The notes below the pieces were generated by a model that worked only from the letters and a program-made list of their open reading frames with translations, searched no databases and was not told where the DNA came from. The translations under genes and the position numbers were made by a program. A stretch of 64,000 bases of DNA from a virus, in IMG/VR virus record IMGVR_UViG_3300030107_004423, positions 18,924-82,923 of that record; one strand, given 5' to 3'. Shown here piece after piece: positions 48,001-56,075 of this stretch (its first letter is position 1; the number at the start of each line of letters is the position of its first letter).

Positions 48001-50528
48001 TTTATTAAATCGACAGCTTGACTTTCTTGTATAGGTATTCTGTTTTTCTTTCTAATAGGATCAGCTACAGCAAATTTACTTCCCTGATATAATAATTGGA
48101 TTATACCTTGCACTTGTTGTTGCATATTAAAATCACCTATTTCCAAGCCTTCTGAATCTACTATTTTATAGTTTAAAGGATTATTGATATTACCATTTTC
48201 ATCTGTTATTACATTTAAAGCACTATCTCTAAATTTAATCTCTTTCTTTTGAGTATCAGGATTTAATTTTCCTATAGCAAGATCACCTATATTTTTTTGG
48301 CTTTTTATAGAATGTGAATCTAACCATGTTCTTAAATAAGGATTTCCTTCTGGATCTCCTATATTAAGATACATTTCAACTCCATCTCCTAATCCCATTC
48401 TGTTAAGAGTCCCTTTTAATTCTTTATTAATTCTTTCTAATCTTTTTATTGTTGGGCTTCCATCTTTTTCTGCAATTCTTGGCAAATCTTCTGAGGATAC
48501 TTCTTGAGCCATGTTTCTTTTTTTCAAATGGCTTAATAATCTATATAACTCATGTACAGAATTTGATTCTACTTCAAAATCAAATCCTCCATAATTAATT
48601 ATTCCATTTGCATCAACAAATGTATTTAATATTCTATCTTCAGCACCTTTACTACTTTCTCTTCCTAGTCTTTCAAAGTACTTTTTATATAAATTTCCTA
48701 TACCATCTGCCTGATTTACTATAAATTCGTTCATAAATTCAGTATATTTAATATCAGCTAATGGCTTATCACCAACTTTTATTTTAGACAAAGCTTCATT
48801 CATAGCGGCTCTTTGCTTAGGAGTTAGGTGACTTGGATCAAACCCTCGATAGTTTTGAGATTCCATAGTTCCTAAAGCACTTCTTAATATCATCCATTCT
48901 TTAGAAAGCTCATTTAGTTCTCCTTTGGATTTTTTAGAACCTGTAGGATTTTCATCATTAGCTATTTTTTCATACTGCTTAAATATATTATTAATTTCTT
49001 CTACGGTAGGATCTCCTCTTAATCCTATATGAGCACTTACAACATAGTCTTGAAAATCTTTAACCTTTAAATAATCAGATACTTGATCATGTTTTATACC
49101 AAGTATTCCCATTAATTCATAATGGTCATTTAAGTTTTCAGCAAAAGCTCCTCTAGTTCTTGACTCTGGATCTCTTAACCATCCGCCTCTACCTCTAGAC
49201 ATCATACCACCTAATAATAAATGAGTAAGTAATTCCTCACCTGGCATATCTTTTAATGAAGCAGGACTTTTAAATAAACCCAAATTCATAACTCCTGCAC
49301 CTACAGCCATTCTGGTTATAGTCATCGCATTAAATGTATCAGCAAGATATTCTTTCCTAAACATTTTAACCATATCTATTTTGCCAACACTATTTTGTAT
49401 TTGACCCATTATATCTACAGCATCATCTAATACCTTGGGATCTTTTATGTCTTTAAATCCTGTTAAGAAGTCATCTAAATGATATTCATTCCCACTTTTG
49501 GCAGTCCATTTAGTTTTGGAAAACATATTACCTTTTTTACCACCAGCTATAACTTTCATCAAACCTAGTAAATCTTCGCCACCATTAGGACCTGCAGCTA
49601 CTTTAGCATAGTTAGTCTTTTTAAAATCAGCCCTTAAAACATTCCATAATTCACCCATTCTTCTTTCACCACCACCTGGAATAGCCCTAACTAATGGGAA
49701 GGCAAAAGACATAGCTAAACCGTTTCCTATAGCTGTTCCTGGTGCAAATTCGGTATCTTCTCTAGCCGCTGCATGTATAGCATTACTTAATGTTCCTTGA
49801 ACGCCTAATACAGCCATATCTTCAGCTACTTCACCAATATATCTAGACATCCATTTTCCTACTGGACCACTTCCTAATCTTCTTCCTGCATAACCTTCTA
49901 TCCAATGACTTACAGAATTTAAATGCTCTCCATTTTTCAATCCTTTTGAAAGACCATTCATTATATCGCCTATTAAAGCATCATCAGCCTTCAATCCTGC
50001 TTCTTTTATACCATTTCTTAAGGCTGCTTCAGTATTATTCATTAAAGTTCTATTTACTTGCTCTAATGTTTCTCCACCTAATTCATGTTGATATAATAAT
50101 CTTTTACCTTCTTTAGAAAATATTTCTTTATTTAATCCTTTTTTAGCAGCTTGCTTAAATGCATCGTCTTTGATATTTTTAGTAGCAGATTTAATAGCTT
50201 GATTAGCTATAGCTTTAGATCCTTTTACAGCTGAAACTCCAGCTCTCATCCCTCTTCCTAGTAATCCCATAGGCACAAAAAATCCAGCTGCTTCTCCTAT
50301 GGCTGCACCAACTCTTTCAGAAGTATTTTTTTCTTCCCAAGATTTAGTTGGAGCTGCAAACTCAGTAAGTCCTAAAGTACCTGAAGATAATGCATGCCAA
50401 GCAGCAGAGCCTAGCATATCATACATACTAAATTTATCATCTACATCCTCTTCTTTAAATTCAGGATATAAACTATCATCTGTTATACTTACAGGTTTTC
50501 TTGAAAAATAATCTTCTGGTAATGGCAT
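42036..50528 (-). CDS. giant virion protein with two-barrel RNA polymerase motifs (candidate virion RNA polymerase)
   Basis: DGAIYIS (aa ~1584), FKG (~1611), DKG (~1629), RGP (~1999), GDWDGD (~2037-2042); Gly/Ala-rich membrane-like N-terminus. Confidence 0.75.
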   Translation of the reverse strand: MPLPEDYFSRKPVSITDDSLYPEFKEEDVDDKFSMYDMLGSAAWHALSSGTLGLTEFAAPTKSWEEKNTSERVGAAIGEAAGFFVPMGLLGRGMRAGVSAVKGSKAIANQAIKSATKNIKDDAFKQAAKKGLNKEIFSKEGKRLLYQHELGGETLEQVNRTLMNNTEAALRNGIKEAGLKADDALIGDIMNGLSKGLKNGEHLNSVSHWIEGYAGRRLGSGPVGKWMSRYIGEVAEDMAVLGVQGTLSNAIHAAAREDTEFAPGTAIGNGLAMSFAFPLVRAIPGGGERRMGELWNVLRADFKKTNYAKVAAGPNGGEDLLGLMKVIAGGKKGNMFSKTKWTAKSGNEYHLDDFLTGFKDIKDPKVLDDAVDIMGQIQNSVGKIDMVKMFRKEYLADTFNAMTITRMAVGAGVMNLGLFKSPASLKDMPGEELLTHLLLGGMMSRGRGGWLRDPESRTRGAFAENLNDHYELMGILGIKHDQVSDYLKVKDFQDYVVSAHIGLRGDPTVEEINNIFKQYEKIANDENPTGSKKSKGELNELSKEWMILRSALGTMESQNYRGFDPSHLTPKQRAAMNEALSKIKVGDKPLADIKYTEFMNEFIVNQADGIGNLYKKYFERLGRESSKGAEDRILNTFVDANGIINYGGFDFEVESNSVHELYRLLSHLKKRNMAQEVSSEDLPRIAEKDGSPTIKRLERINKELKGTLNRMGLGDGVEMYLNIGDPEGNPYLRTWLDSHSIKSQKNIGDLAIGKLNPDTQKKEIKFRDSALNVITDENGNINNPLNYKIVDSEGLEIGDFNMQQQVQGIIQLLYQGSKFAVADPIRKKNRIPIQESQAVDLIKAYKGLGYSITPESLLLNDNIDYIKSRLYETIGVKPQNIRVIDSLNENALIDIDRESGKITMMTDQGIRYLAERNGLDPEEYIRFYNEIKESLPSNVIQPPATGDIIEFPLEAGKETNIAALRTIHKLMPEIYSKEIIKSTKEAIRLVPQIDEDSAVAELNLMEDNIIKGDMKKALLNLENIEKLIPNAIDYESIKNMLIDADRNQLPLDLRIKELADGTGSTYDALMNMITENSLSSSNIQSLLVELIYKGQGFREGAIWEHNRLIDELSSKIGKRSEKATLDQLFEAYLQNNSFKSLEDLITGLNQELAGRKTPNDLDNSHMLNEYERMMQNYKSPNTKTKITIAGQYGLLDKDNQIDAKYMKMLKNRDFDSLKGIINPELKTKKLDDDLFFLSEIVRNTREQPIIRLKEIKNPDGTISIVREWVSGPDNTEFNTPANMLIDMFNQDLTMVIPIAKSGIIDGRFYSDISAYKGRNGETSKLRFESDIAQNRPEQKYVTEVLDGEQLNYDDLALSFLRIKMQPGDKIRYVEVSYGRPLAFIESTKTLKQLDKMYNNWYDETVSRYESDPDVNKQTIDNFKRAWDPEKVNSSEHRLRAMYNAKLNTAGFDKLWTPDAINDLEAGHFAMNGKNLKYQKLAEGGSLKNLGDSNSLRALASGLTELSPDKRASILRIADDLDNPNKQLRTGYYDDEVDGNPLLVRGRIINQIDNDIQNSTLKSHLNERYSNPERFKNTLDQSIIDGAIYISEDIKNLMHANLGESGIVNGFKGSIARGGAENVDYIMYDKGLFIFDPNIATAMNEKGLSFLKGASAAKGYAGNAVSGKKLVPRTANNLDLISDIGNLTNDNIMMHNLDGVNLRYGGHKSNNSPVPHPWSHYMPEDLVIGVRDGWQKLTDKINEVGNFSNALRKSANNELASYMIMHKAKTAGAHQMKIESFAEAMLNFGFTSRNAVVREAIVKTWEENALPIIVQPRNPKFAYPFIIPDLNSKNPIGLDIYDQAGDVKSTARIQLGEAVMGADADFMPVHSMKELSFVFRDNDIDYTFNYENGKFTNIYNPLMEYQDAGYRTNVLDKDGNRVSIDADKNIKVPKKVAEFVEYLDAIFKNKSRQKIHAVMGGEGGAPSIAGVQKFIQKSMNTQGWKGLKNNNFGLVINVERGPRKGPSDFMPVRVRKQDSGIGTAFKLNSYDSRANAQGDWDGDHVRHTHDYSTKETKEFLKHSFKMASFQEEYPVLESTPRKANIYGIGKDNDGRLLPAGTVSSNDISELKQKIHFDSMQVGKVIGMQSAIEWMYLNDFSIDGKRMKDNFDYDVNTLVNNKGMFNRLEKGNQSVVDFIANLSDKIAGDKGLDYMIYGDGETDLTGKMFNHPENSVHRDIVYEVINILKQPAAIFNQIYGDMGPKKATSWDIQQRYSDMRRFFSNPNQVVFTNLVRKYKRADVDINNKLNELVPLFFSVEADPKTGKKSDVTARDIDELKILALQGKIRPRNNVIKFGAKSITEAIRKNNIGVVMDEIVKKQMFKSTEIDNAWDNPNISNYKIGTDKLLNDIAMMRVLGITDSEMIANGETLLKLDEIGYLPRNAEKASLVHDLLISEENFLHNKLNYHMGMKSGNRAIIEHTTDLLNNISSAKTIIETLRGNEVLKNIKDNQKKYIKDFKPNKDGRTPKYYNQDYNKDHVIYKVVGKLYTDGVPNFDALQFVQTVSPGQRSKNLRGKHLILQQPIVGTRITRDSALDGYAWNFTYNSLPMNFVDRATYGKYESVAAQTRKTIMDGWKNALREYRQTGALAEDIFNNYHMRKELELSKFFKNNITDLNGQVLGPQYIIKELGESGSLIYYKAKMLLRPDIIAREYAEGDTPMPILRMNKKIFTEVFNYLHKNGHHDEATMIVSEYNEHKDFISGRSNETTRKLNKSSLFLKDYALPEGANQPLVDILSGIITPDMEASLIKAGVGQTVRTTVVPEGQVDQKRVRNMFRNWKENQIDRRRSCR

Positions 50529-50531
50529 ATT

Positions 50532-52400
50532 CTATCTTTCTTCTATTTTTTGTTTTTCTGCTTCTAATAAAGTCATAGCATATCTAAGATCAGGATTCAT
50601 ATTTAAAAAATCAGGGTCTTGAGCTAGTTTTTGTATAGCTTTATCAACATCAGATAAATTAGTGTTGTTTTCTTTTATGTTATATTGATTAGAAAGTTTA
50701 TCTATAGCTTTTAAGGCAGGGCTCATATCTATACTTTCAATATTCTTATAATCTAAATAAGCTTTTTCAAACTTTTCCCAATCATCTAGTAAATTAATAG
50801 CATCATCTCTATCTGCTGCATTAGTAAAGGTACTTTTTAACCATCCAACAGGAGGAGCATCTGCCCATTCTTTTGCCTTATTCAATATAACATCTCTTAA
50901 AAGTTTCATTTGATCTTGACTAAGATCAGGAGGAATAACAAACCCGCCCCGTTCTACTGGATTGTAAAGATTCATTAAAGCTGGATTATTGCCTGTCTCT
51001 TCTCTAAATAATTGTAATAATTCAGGGAATTTTGGTGATGGACTAGCGCCCCATCTTTTAAATATTTTTGCAGATTCTATATAATTATTGAGAGTATTTA
51101 AATTTAACGACTCTTGATCTTTTACTTTCTGAATTTCATCTCTAAAATTAGTTTCAGCTTTAGACCCTTTTGTTAGCCAATCCATATATTCAGAGCCTAA
51201 ATCTTTACCTCCAAAATTATCTTCCAAAGATTTGAATACTACTTGCTGTTCATCTTTATTTAATCCTATGCCTGTAGTGCTTTCCTTGAAAATACTAAAT
51301 GCTTCATTTTTAGACAATCCTTTTATTTTAGATTTAAAATCACTGTTAAATGAATTTAAATTTTGATTTGATTCAAAATTATAAACTTCTCTAAACATTT
51401 CATTAGATTCATTTGCAGAATTTATAATATTACTCATTGCAGCTGGATAAGCGCCTTGTATAGCTTTTAAAGCAGCATTAGATATATCTGTACCTGATTG
51501 CATCCAATCAGCAAAATCTTTAACATTAGAAAATCCTAATGCTACTTGTATTCCTTGCTGTACCTTTTCATCATTAGTTATCAAAGAAAAATCATAATCA
51601 TCAGTCAATATAGTTGTTCTTAAGCCCTCATAATCAACTACAGCAGAATCCATATTGAATTTATCTAAAGTAGCAACTTGATTAGCATGCTCTATAGGAG
51701 TAGGTTTATTAGCTAAGTAAGCATTTTTTAATCCTGCTATATTTATACTACCATCTCCTTTAGTATAATCATTAACCATCTGATCAAACTCAGGTTCATC
51801 TATCATTAAGTTTCTGCCTACATATTTTTGTAAATTTTCATCATACCATATTTCTTGAGATTTTAAATCTTGACTTAATTTATGCAAACCTGAAATATCT
51901 GATCCCAAAGATTTTATTGTATTTTGTATATTTTCAAGATTGCCTTCAGCAACTCCTTCAAATGTATTGGCTACATTTTTAAATCCAGAACTTATATCTG
52001 CCATATTTAAAGATTTGTATTTACCTGCCATCTCCGCAACCAATTTATCTCTTTCATCTTCTTTATTATAAAATTCTTTTATAAGTAATTCTCTTTCAAG
52101 TAATTTCCCTGCAGACATATTTTTAATGTCTTCTTGCATTTTAAATATTTTCCACTCTGGTGTAAACTCAACATTAAAGCCTTCAGACTTAACTTTTGGC
52201 AAATTACCAGAATAATCTATATTTTCTTGACCATATCTTGCAACCAAACTATTTTCATATTCAGCCTTTCTAAATCGAGCCTCTTCATCATATTGTTCTT
52301 TTGCAATACGGTTTTGCTGAGCAACTATATTAAGCTCATGAACTTTGCTTAAACCACTTGTAAGTATTGATAATGCTTGTAATGCGTCTGAATTTCCCAT
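50532..52400 (-). CDS. internal virion / ejection protein (putative)
   Basis: 622 aa helical protein upstream of the giant gene. Confidence 0.55.
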   Translation of the reverse strand: MGNSDALQALSILTSGLSKVHELNIVAQQNRIAKEQYDEEARFRKAEYENSLVARYGQENIDYSGNLPKVKSEGFNVEFTPEWKIFKMQEDIKNMSAGKLLERELLIKEFYNKEDERDKLVAEMAGKYKSLNMADISSGFKNVANTFEGVAEGNLENIQNTIKSLGSDISGLHKLSQDLKSQEIWYDENLQKYVGRNLMIDEPEFDQMVNDYTKGDGSINIAGLKNAYLANKPTPIEHANQVATLDKFNMDSAVVDYEGLRTTILTDDYDFSLITNDEKVQQGIQVALGFSNVKDFADWMQSGTDISNAALKAIQGAYPAAMSNIINSANESNEMFREVYNFESNQNLNSFNSDFKSKIKGLSKNEAFSIFKESTTGIGLNKDEQQVVFKSLEDNFGGKDLGSEYMDWLTKGSKAETNFRDEIQKVKDQESLNLNTLNNYIESAKIFKRWGASPSPKFPELLQLFREETGNNPALMNLYNPVERGGFVIPPDLSQDQMKLLRDVILNKAKEWADAPPVGWLKSTFTNAADRDDAINLLDDWEKFEKAYLDYKNIESIDMSPALKAIDKLSNQYNIKENNTNLSDVDKAIQKLAQDPDFLNMNPDLRYAMTLLEAEKQKIEER

Positions 52401-52409
52401 ATCTATCCT

Positions 52410-52955
52410 TTAACTATATTGATCAATAAAATCGTCAAAATCACCGCTTGCTGAGCCTTTATAGGCATCTCCAGTAGCTGTACTATAATCCATTAGGAGT
52501 TGTGTTTTTTGTTTCTTTAGATCTTGTATGAAATCTATTTGTGATTTTTGAGATTCCATATTAATATCTCCTAAACTTAACTTATAATTATCAATTAGGC
52601 TTTGCTCTGACCTTGTAGTCAAATCAACTCCTGTAGCCATGTTGCCTTTCATAGCAACTGTATTTGCATAATTATCTATTTTACTTAATTGATTTCCTAC
52701 ATTCATTCCTAAAGCTTTAATTTTAGATTCTTCTTGTTGCTGAAGAAATCCATCACTTCCAAGCATTGATTGTCCATAATCTTGTAAATCACTTATCCCA
52801 GATTGAACAAACCCTTTAGATCTTTTTATTAAAGCATCTTTTTCGCTAACTGCTCCTCCAGAAAGCCAATCGCCTAAACCATGCTTTCCTAATGTTTGAT
52901 CCCATGCTTCACTTGCACTTGTCCTTCCTTCTAACCATGCTGAAAGTACTGACAT
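52410..52955 (-). CDS. small ejection/pilot-type protein (putative)
   Basis: 181 aa, Gly/Gln/Ser-rich. Confidence 0.5.
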   Translation of the reverse strand: MSVLSAWLEGRTSASEAWDQTLGKHGLGDWLSGGAVSEKDALIKRSKGFVQSGISDLQDYGQSMLGSDGFLQQQEESKIKALGMNVGNQLSKIDNYANTVAMKGNMATGVDLTTRSEQSLIDNYKLSLGDINMESQKSQIDFIQDLKKQKTQLLMDYSTATGDAYKGSASGDFDDFIDQYS

Positions 52956-53635
52956 TATTTTCTCCTTTTACTTAAGAAATTACCCAAACTTAACAACCCT
53001 CCTAAAACAGGAGCACCTATTCCTATTGCGCTTGGTATTGCACTTAATCTATCTCTATTAGCTAGACCATATCCTATAGCACCTATAGCTAAAGATTTTC
53101 CTAGCAAGTTAATTAAATTATTACCAGCAGCACTTTTAGCTCCTTCTACTGCGCTATCTGCAACGCCTTTAACTTTTTTTGTAAGACTTTTAACACCTTC
53201 CTTAGTTTGATCTCCTATATTAGTAGCACCTCTAACATCTTCCATTTCAGGCTTTAAAAGATTTGCACCTTTATTAATAGCACTTTTGTTAGGCATATAA
53301 GATTGATTTTCAAGAATACTTGGAGTTGTTGCTGTTTTCCCTGCATCTGTAAGACTTACTCTACCTCCAGCAGGAGTATATAAATCTTGAAAAACATTTG
53401 TAGACTTTTCATATATAGGATTGTCTTGAGCATCTTTTATATCAAGCATTTTATTAGTATCAAATGTTTGTTGCTCACTCCACATACCATGAAGATCTCC
53501 AGCTATTTTTGCACTAGCTTCTATCCTTTGAGATTGCTCTTTTTCTAATTCTGCTAACTTATCACCTATTACTGAAAGCTCATATCTACTTTCATATGGA
53601 TCAAAAGCACTCATATTTCTATATTTAGGTGGCAT
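52955..53635 (-). CDS. virion protein with C-terminal hydrophobic Gly-rich helices (putative ejection protein)
   Basis: 226 aa; LAIGAIGYGL..IGIGAPVLGGLLSLG. Confidence 0.55.
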   Translation of the reverse strand: MPPKYRNMSAFDPYESRYELSVIGDKLAELEKEQSQRIEASAKIAGDLHGMWSEQQTFDTNKMLDIKDAQDNPIYEKSTNVFQDLYTPAGGRVSLTDAGKTATTPSILENQSYMPNKSAINKGANLLKPEMEDVRGATNIGDQTKEGVKSLTKKVKGVADSAVEGAKSAAGNNLINLLGKSLAIGAIGYGLANRDRLSAIPSAIGIGAPVLGGLLSLGNFLSKRRK

Positions 53636-53658
53636 AATTTTTTCCTTTATATTTTCCT

Positions 53659-55851
53659 TTAAGGATTGTAATGGGTAGCATATGTTACATGAACTACCAT
53701 TGAAGTTAAACTATTATTTGTTATTGCATTATTAAATTTTAAACATAATGGTTTATTATTTAGATCAGTTAATCCTTGACTCATTTCAGAATTTGCATCA
53801 ACTCGCAATCTATAAACCCTATCACCTGCTTCGGATTTCATGAAATTCTTTAAATAACTCCACAATCCAGCTCCACTAGTAGTCGATCCATTGGTTCCAC
53901 TGCCTAAGTATAGGCCTGAACTAGAACTAACGGTTGAATTTCTATCAACAAATACAACACAGCTAATAGGAATAATCATATAGTCAGATCCTGGAGCAGC
54001 AACTAATTCTAAAGCTGTAGTATGCATACTATTTATAGTTGCTTGGTTTGCTGATACTTTATTAAATACTACTGCAGCAGCACCTCCAGTTAAATCAGTT
54101 TCACTGACATCATCAGAAATCCAATAAGGTTTTCCATCTGCCTTAGTATATAAATAACCACCATTACCAGCTGAAGGAGCAGATGGACTAGAACCTTGCT
54201 CAGATTTAATATTTAATAATCCATTTATTGTTTGTTTTGAATCATCACCAAATCCTAGAGTTACGCCAACTTTTCCAGTAATACCACTAGTTTCACCTAA
54301 AGCATAAAAAGCTTGTTTTAGGAGACTGCCTGCTGCAACATACATATACATTTCTCCAGCTTCAGAACCTGCTGTATTGCTGTTACATAAAAATCTTATA
54401 TTTCCATAATCTTGAGAATTATTAGCACTATCATAACCTTCTGCTGTAATAGAAAGTATTGAATCTGCATCATTGGTTGATGTCCCACCTCTATTTTTAA
54501 GAAATACTATTTGAGAAGGTTTATTGTCAGCTGTTGTATTTTTTATAGTTATTTGTGGTTTATAAGATGTTGAACTTGCAAAAGTAGCAGCATCACCATT
54601 AACTGTTAAATTTCCTGCAATAGTAGTATTAGAACTAGCTCCATTTGCTATAGTAACATCTAGTTCAGCATCAGCATCACCATCTTCTATTAATAATCCT
54701 TGTTCTAAACCACCATCATGAGATGCTATATTAAATTGTAATTTACCACCTTCATTACCAGCAGTAGATTCTTCTATAGAGCCTATTATAGTAGCATATG
54801 TATGAGCAGCGCTACCAGCATCTTCACCGTCAAAAGATATAGTTCCAAGAGTATCATTAGCAGGACTAGATCCATTTTTATTAAATCTTAATTTACCTGC
54901 ATTACCATCTGCATTTGTATTTTCTATTGTTATTACGGGATATTCACTGCCAGAGTTAGAAAAAGTTATATCTCTATTATTAGAATCATTATATGTTATT
55001 ACTTCTTTATTTTCTACTGCTATTGTAGCTTCTGCACTTCTAGATATTGTAGTATTATCTGCATGCCCTAATTCTATAGATCCTATACCTAAAGTATGAG
55101 AAGTAGAATTTGCTATATTGCTTTGTGCTAATGTATTGGTAAAGCTACTAGCTCCTAAATCAACAGCTATTTTATTACTTTCTATTACTAGACCACCATT
55201 AGATTTTAAATCTACAGCTAGTCCTAATGTACCATTTCCTGTAGTAGATGTTATACCGTCACCAGCAGTTAAATCATTCACAGCTGGTCCATCAGTTCCT
55301 CCTATTAATAATTTACCATCAGTAGACATAGCAACAGAACCAACAGTATCAGTTCCACTATCTTGACTTATTAATACAGCTTTATCTGTTAAACTAGTAG
55401 CTCCAGTTCCTCCAGAGGCTACTGGAAGAGTGCCATCAAAATCAATAGTTACTTTATCATCACTAGTATCTGTACCTTCAGCTACTGTAGTAGTTATATT
55501 TGTTCCACCTAAAATTTCTAATGTATTTCCGTGACCAACAGGTCTATTAGATCCAGAATTTCCCTCTACGTTAAAAGAATGCGCAGATTGCAAATCAATA
55601 GTACCATTGCCATTAGCTATAACTAATGGGCTTTGTACAGTTATAGTTGCTTTATTTAAAGAATTATCAGAACTTTTGCCAATCAATATTTCTCCATTAG
55701 CATATGTAGTTTGACCAGTACCTCCATCAGCTACTGCTAATGTAGTACCAGTGCCAGACCCAAGACCAACAGCTACTTTTCCAGGTCCAGTTTCTGTTAA
55801 GCCTAGTCCACTTAAATCTATCTTAGTTATATTTTTATATTTTTTAGCCAT
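53659..55851 (-). CDS. tail fibre / spike protein
   Basis: 730 aa; L.V..GGTG.T collar-like repeats, Gly/Thr/Asn-rich. Confidence 0.75.
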   Translation of the reverse strand: MAKKYKNITKIDLSGLGLTETGPGKVAVGLGSGTGTTLAVADGGTGQTTYANGEILIGKSSDNSLNKATITVQSPLVIANGNGTIDLQSAHSFNVEGNSGSNRPVGHGNTLEILGGTNITTTVAEGTDTSDDKVTIDFDGTLPVASGGTGATSLTDKAVLISQDSGTDTVGSVAMSTDGKLLIGGTDGPAVNDLTAGDGITSTTGNGTLGLAVDLKSNGGLVIESNKIAVDLGASSFTNTLAQSNIANSTSHTLGIGSIELGHADNTTISRSAEATIAVENKEVITYNDSNNRDITFSNSGSEYPVITIENTNADGNAGKLRFNKNGSSPANDTLGTISFDGEDAGSAAHTYATIIGSIEESTAGNEGGKLQFNIASHDGGLEQGLLIEDGDADAELDVTIANGASSNTTIAGNLTVNGDAATFASSTSYKPQITIKNTTADNKPSQIVFLKNRGGTSTNDADSILSITAEGYDSANNSQDYGNIRFLCNSNTAGSEAGEMYMYVAAGSLLKQAFYALGETSGITGKVGVTLGFGDDSKQTINGLLNIKSEQGSSPSAPSAGNGGYLYTKADGKPYWISDDVSETDLTGGAAAVVFNKVSANQATINSMHTTALELVAAPGSDYMIIPISCVVFVDRNSTVSSSSGLYLGSGTNGSTTSGAGLWSYLKNFMKSEAGDRVYRLRVDANSEMSQGLTDLNNKPLCLKFNNAITNNSLTSMVVHVTYATHYNP

Positions 55852-56075
55852 TATACTTCTATTGTTATTCCTACTGAGCTTGTACCTTCTGAATCAAATC
55901 TTGTTCTCCACAATTTATTATTATACCTTATATACATACATAATTGCTCTTCATCTGTAAATCTAAATTCAGGAACACCTTCTTTCATATCTGATAATCT
56001 TGGTTTTCCTTTACCAATATTAACTCTTTCTTGCTTTTTATGTATTAAATTTCTTATAGTTCTATCAAAGCCCAT
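55851..56075 (-). CDS. tail-associated protein, short form
   Basis: homologous to N-terminus of 704..1423. Confidence 0.7.
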   Translation of the reverse strand: MGFDRTIRNLIHKKQERVNIGKGKPRLSDMKEGVPEFRFTDEEQLCMYIRYNNKLWRTRFDSEGTSSVGITIEV

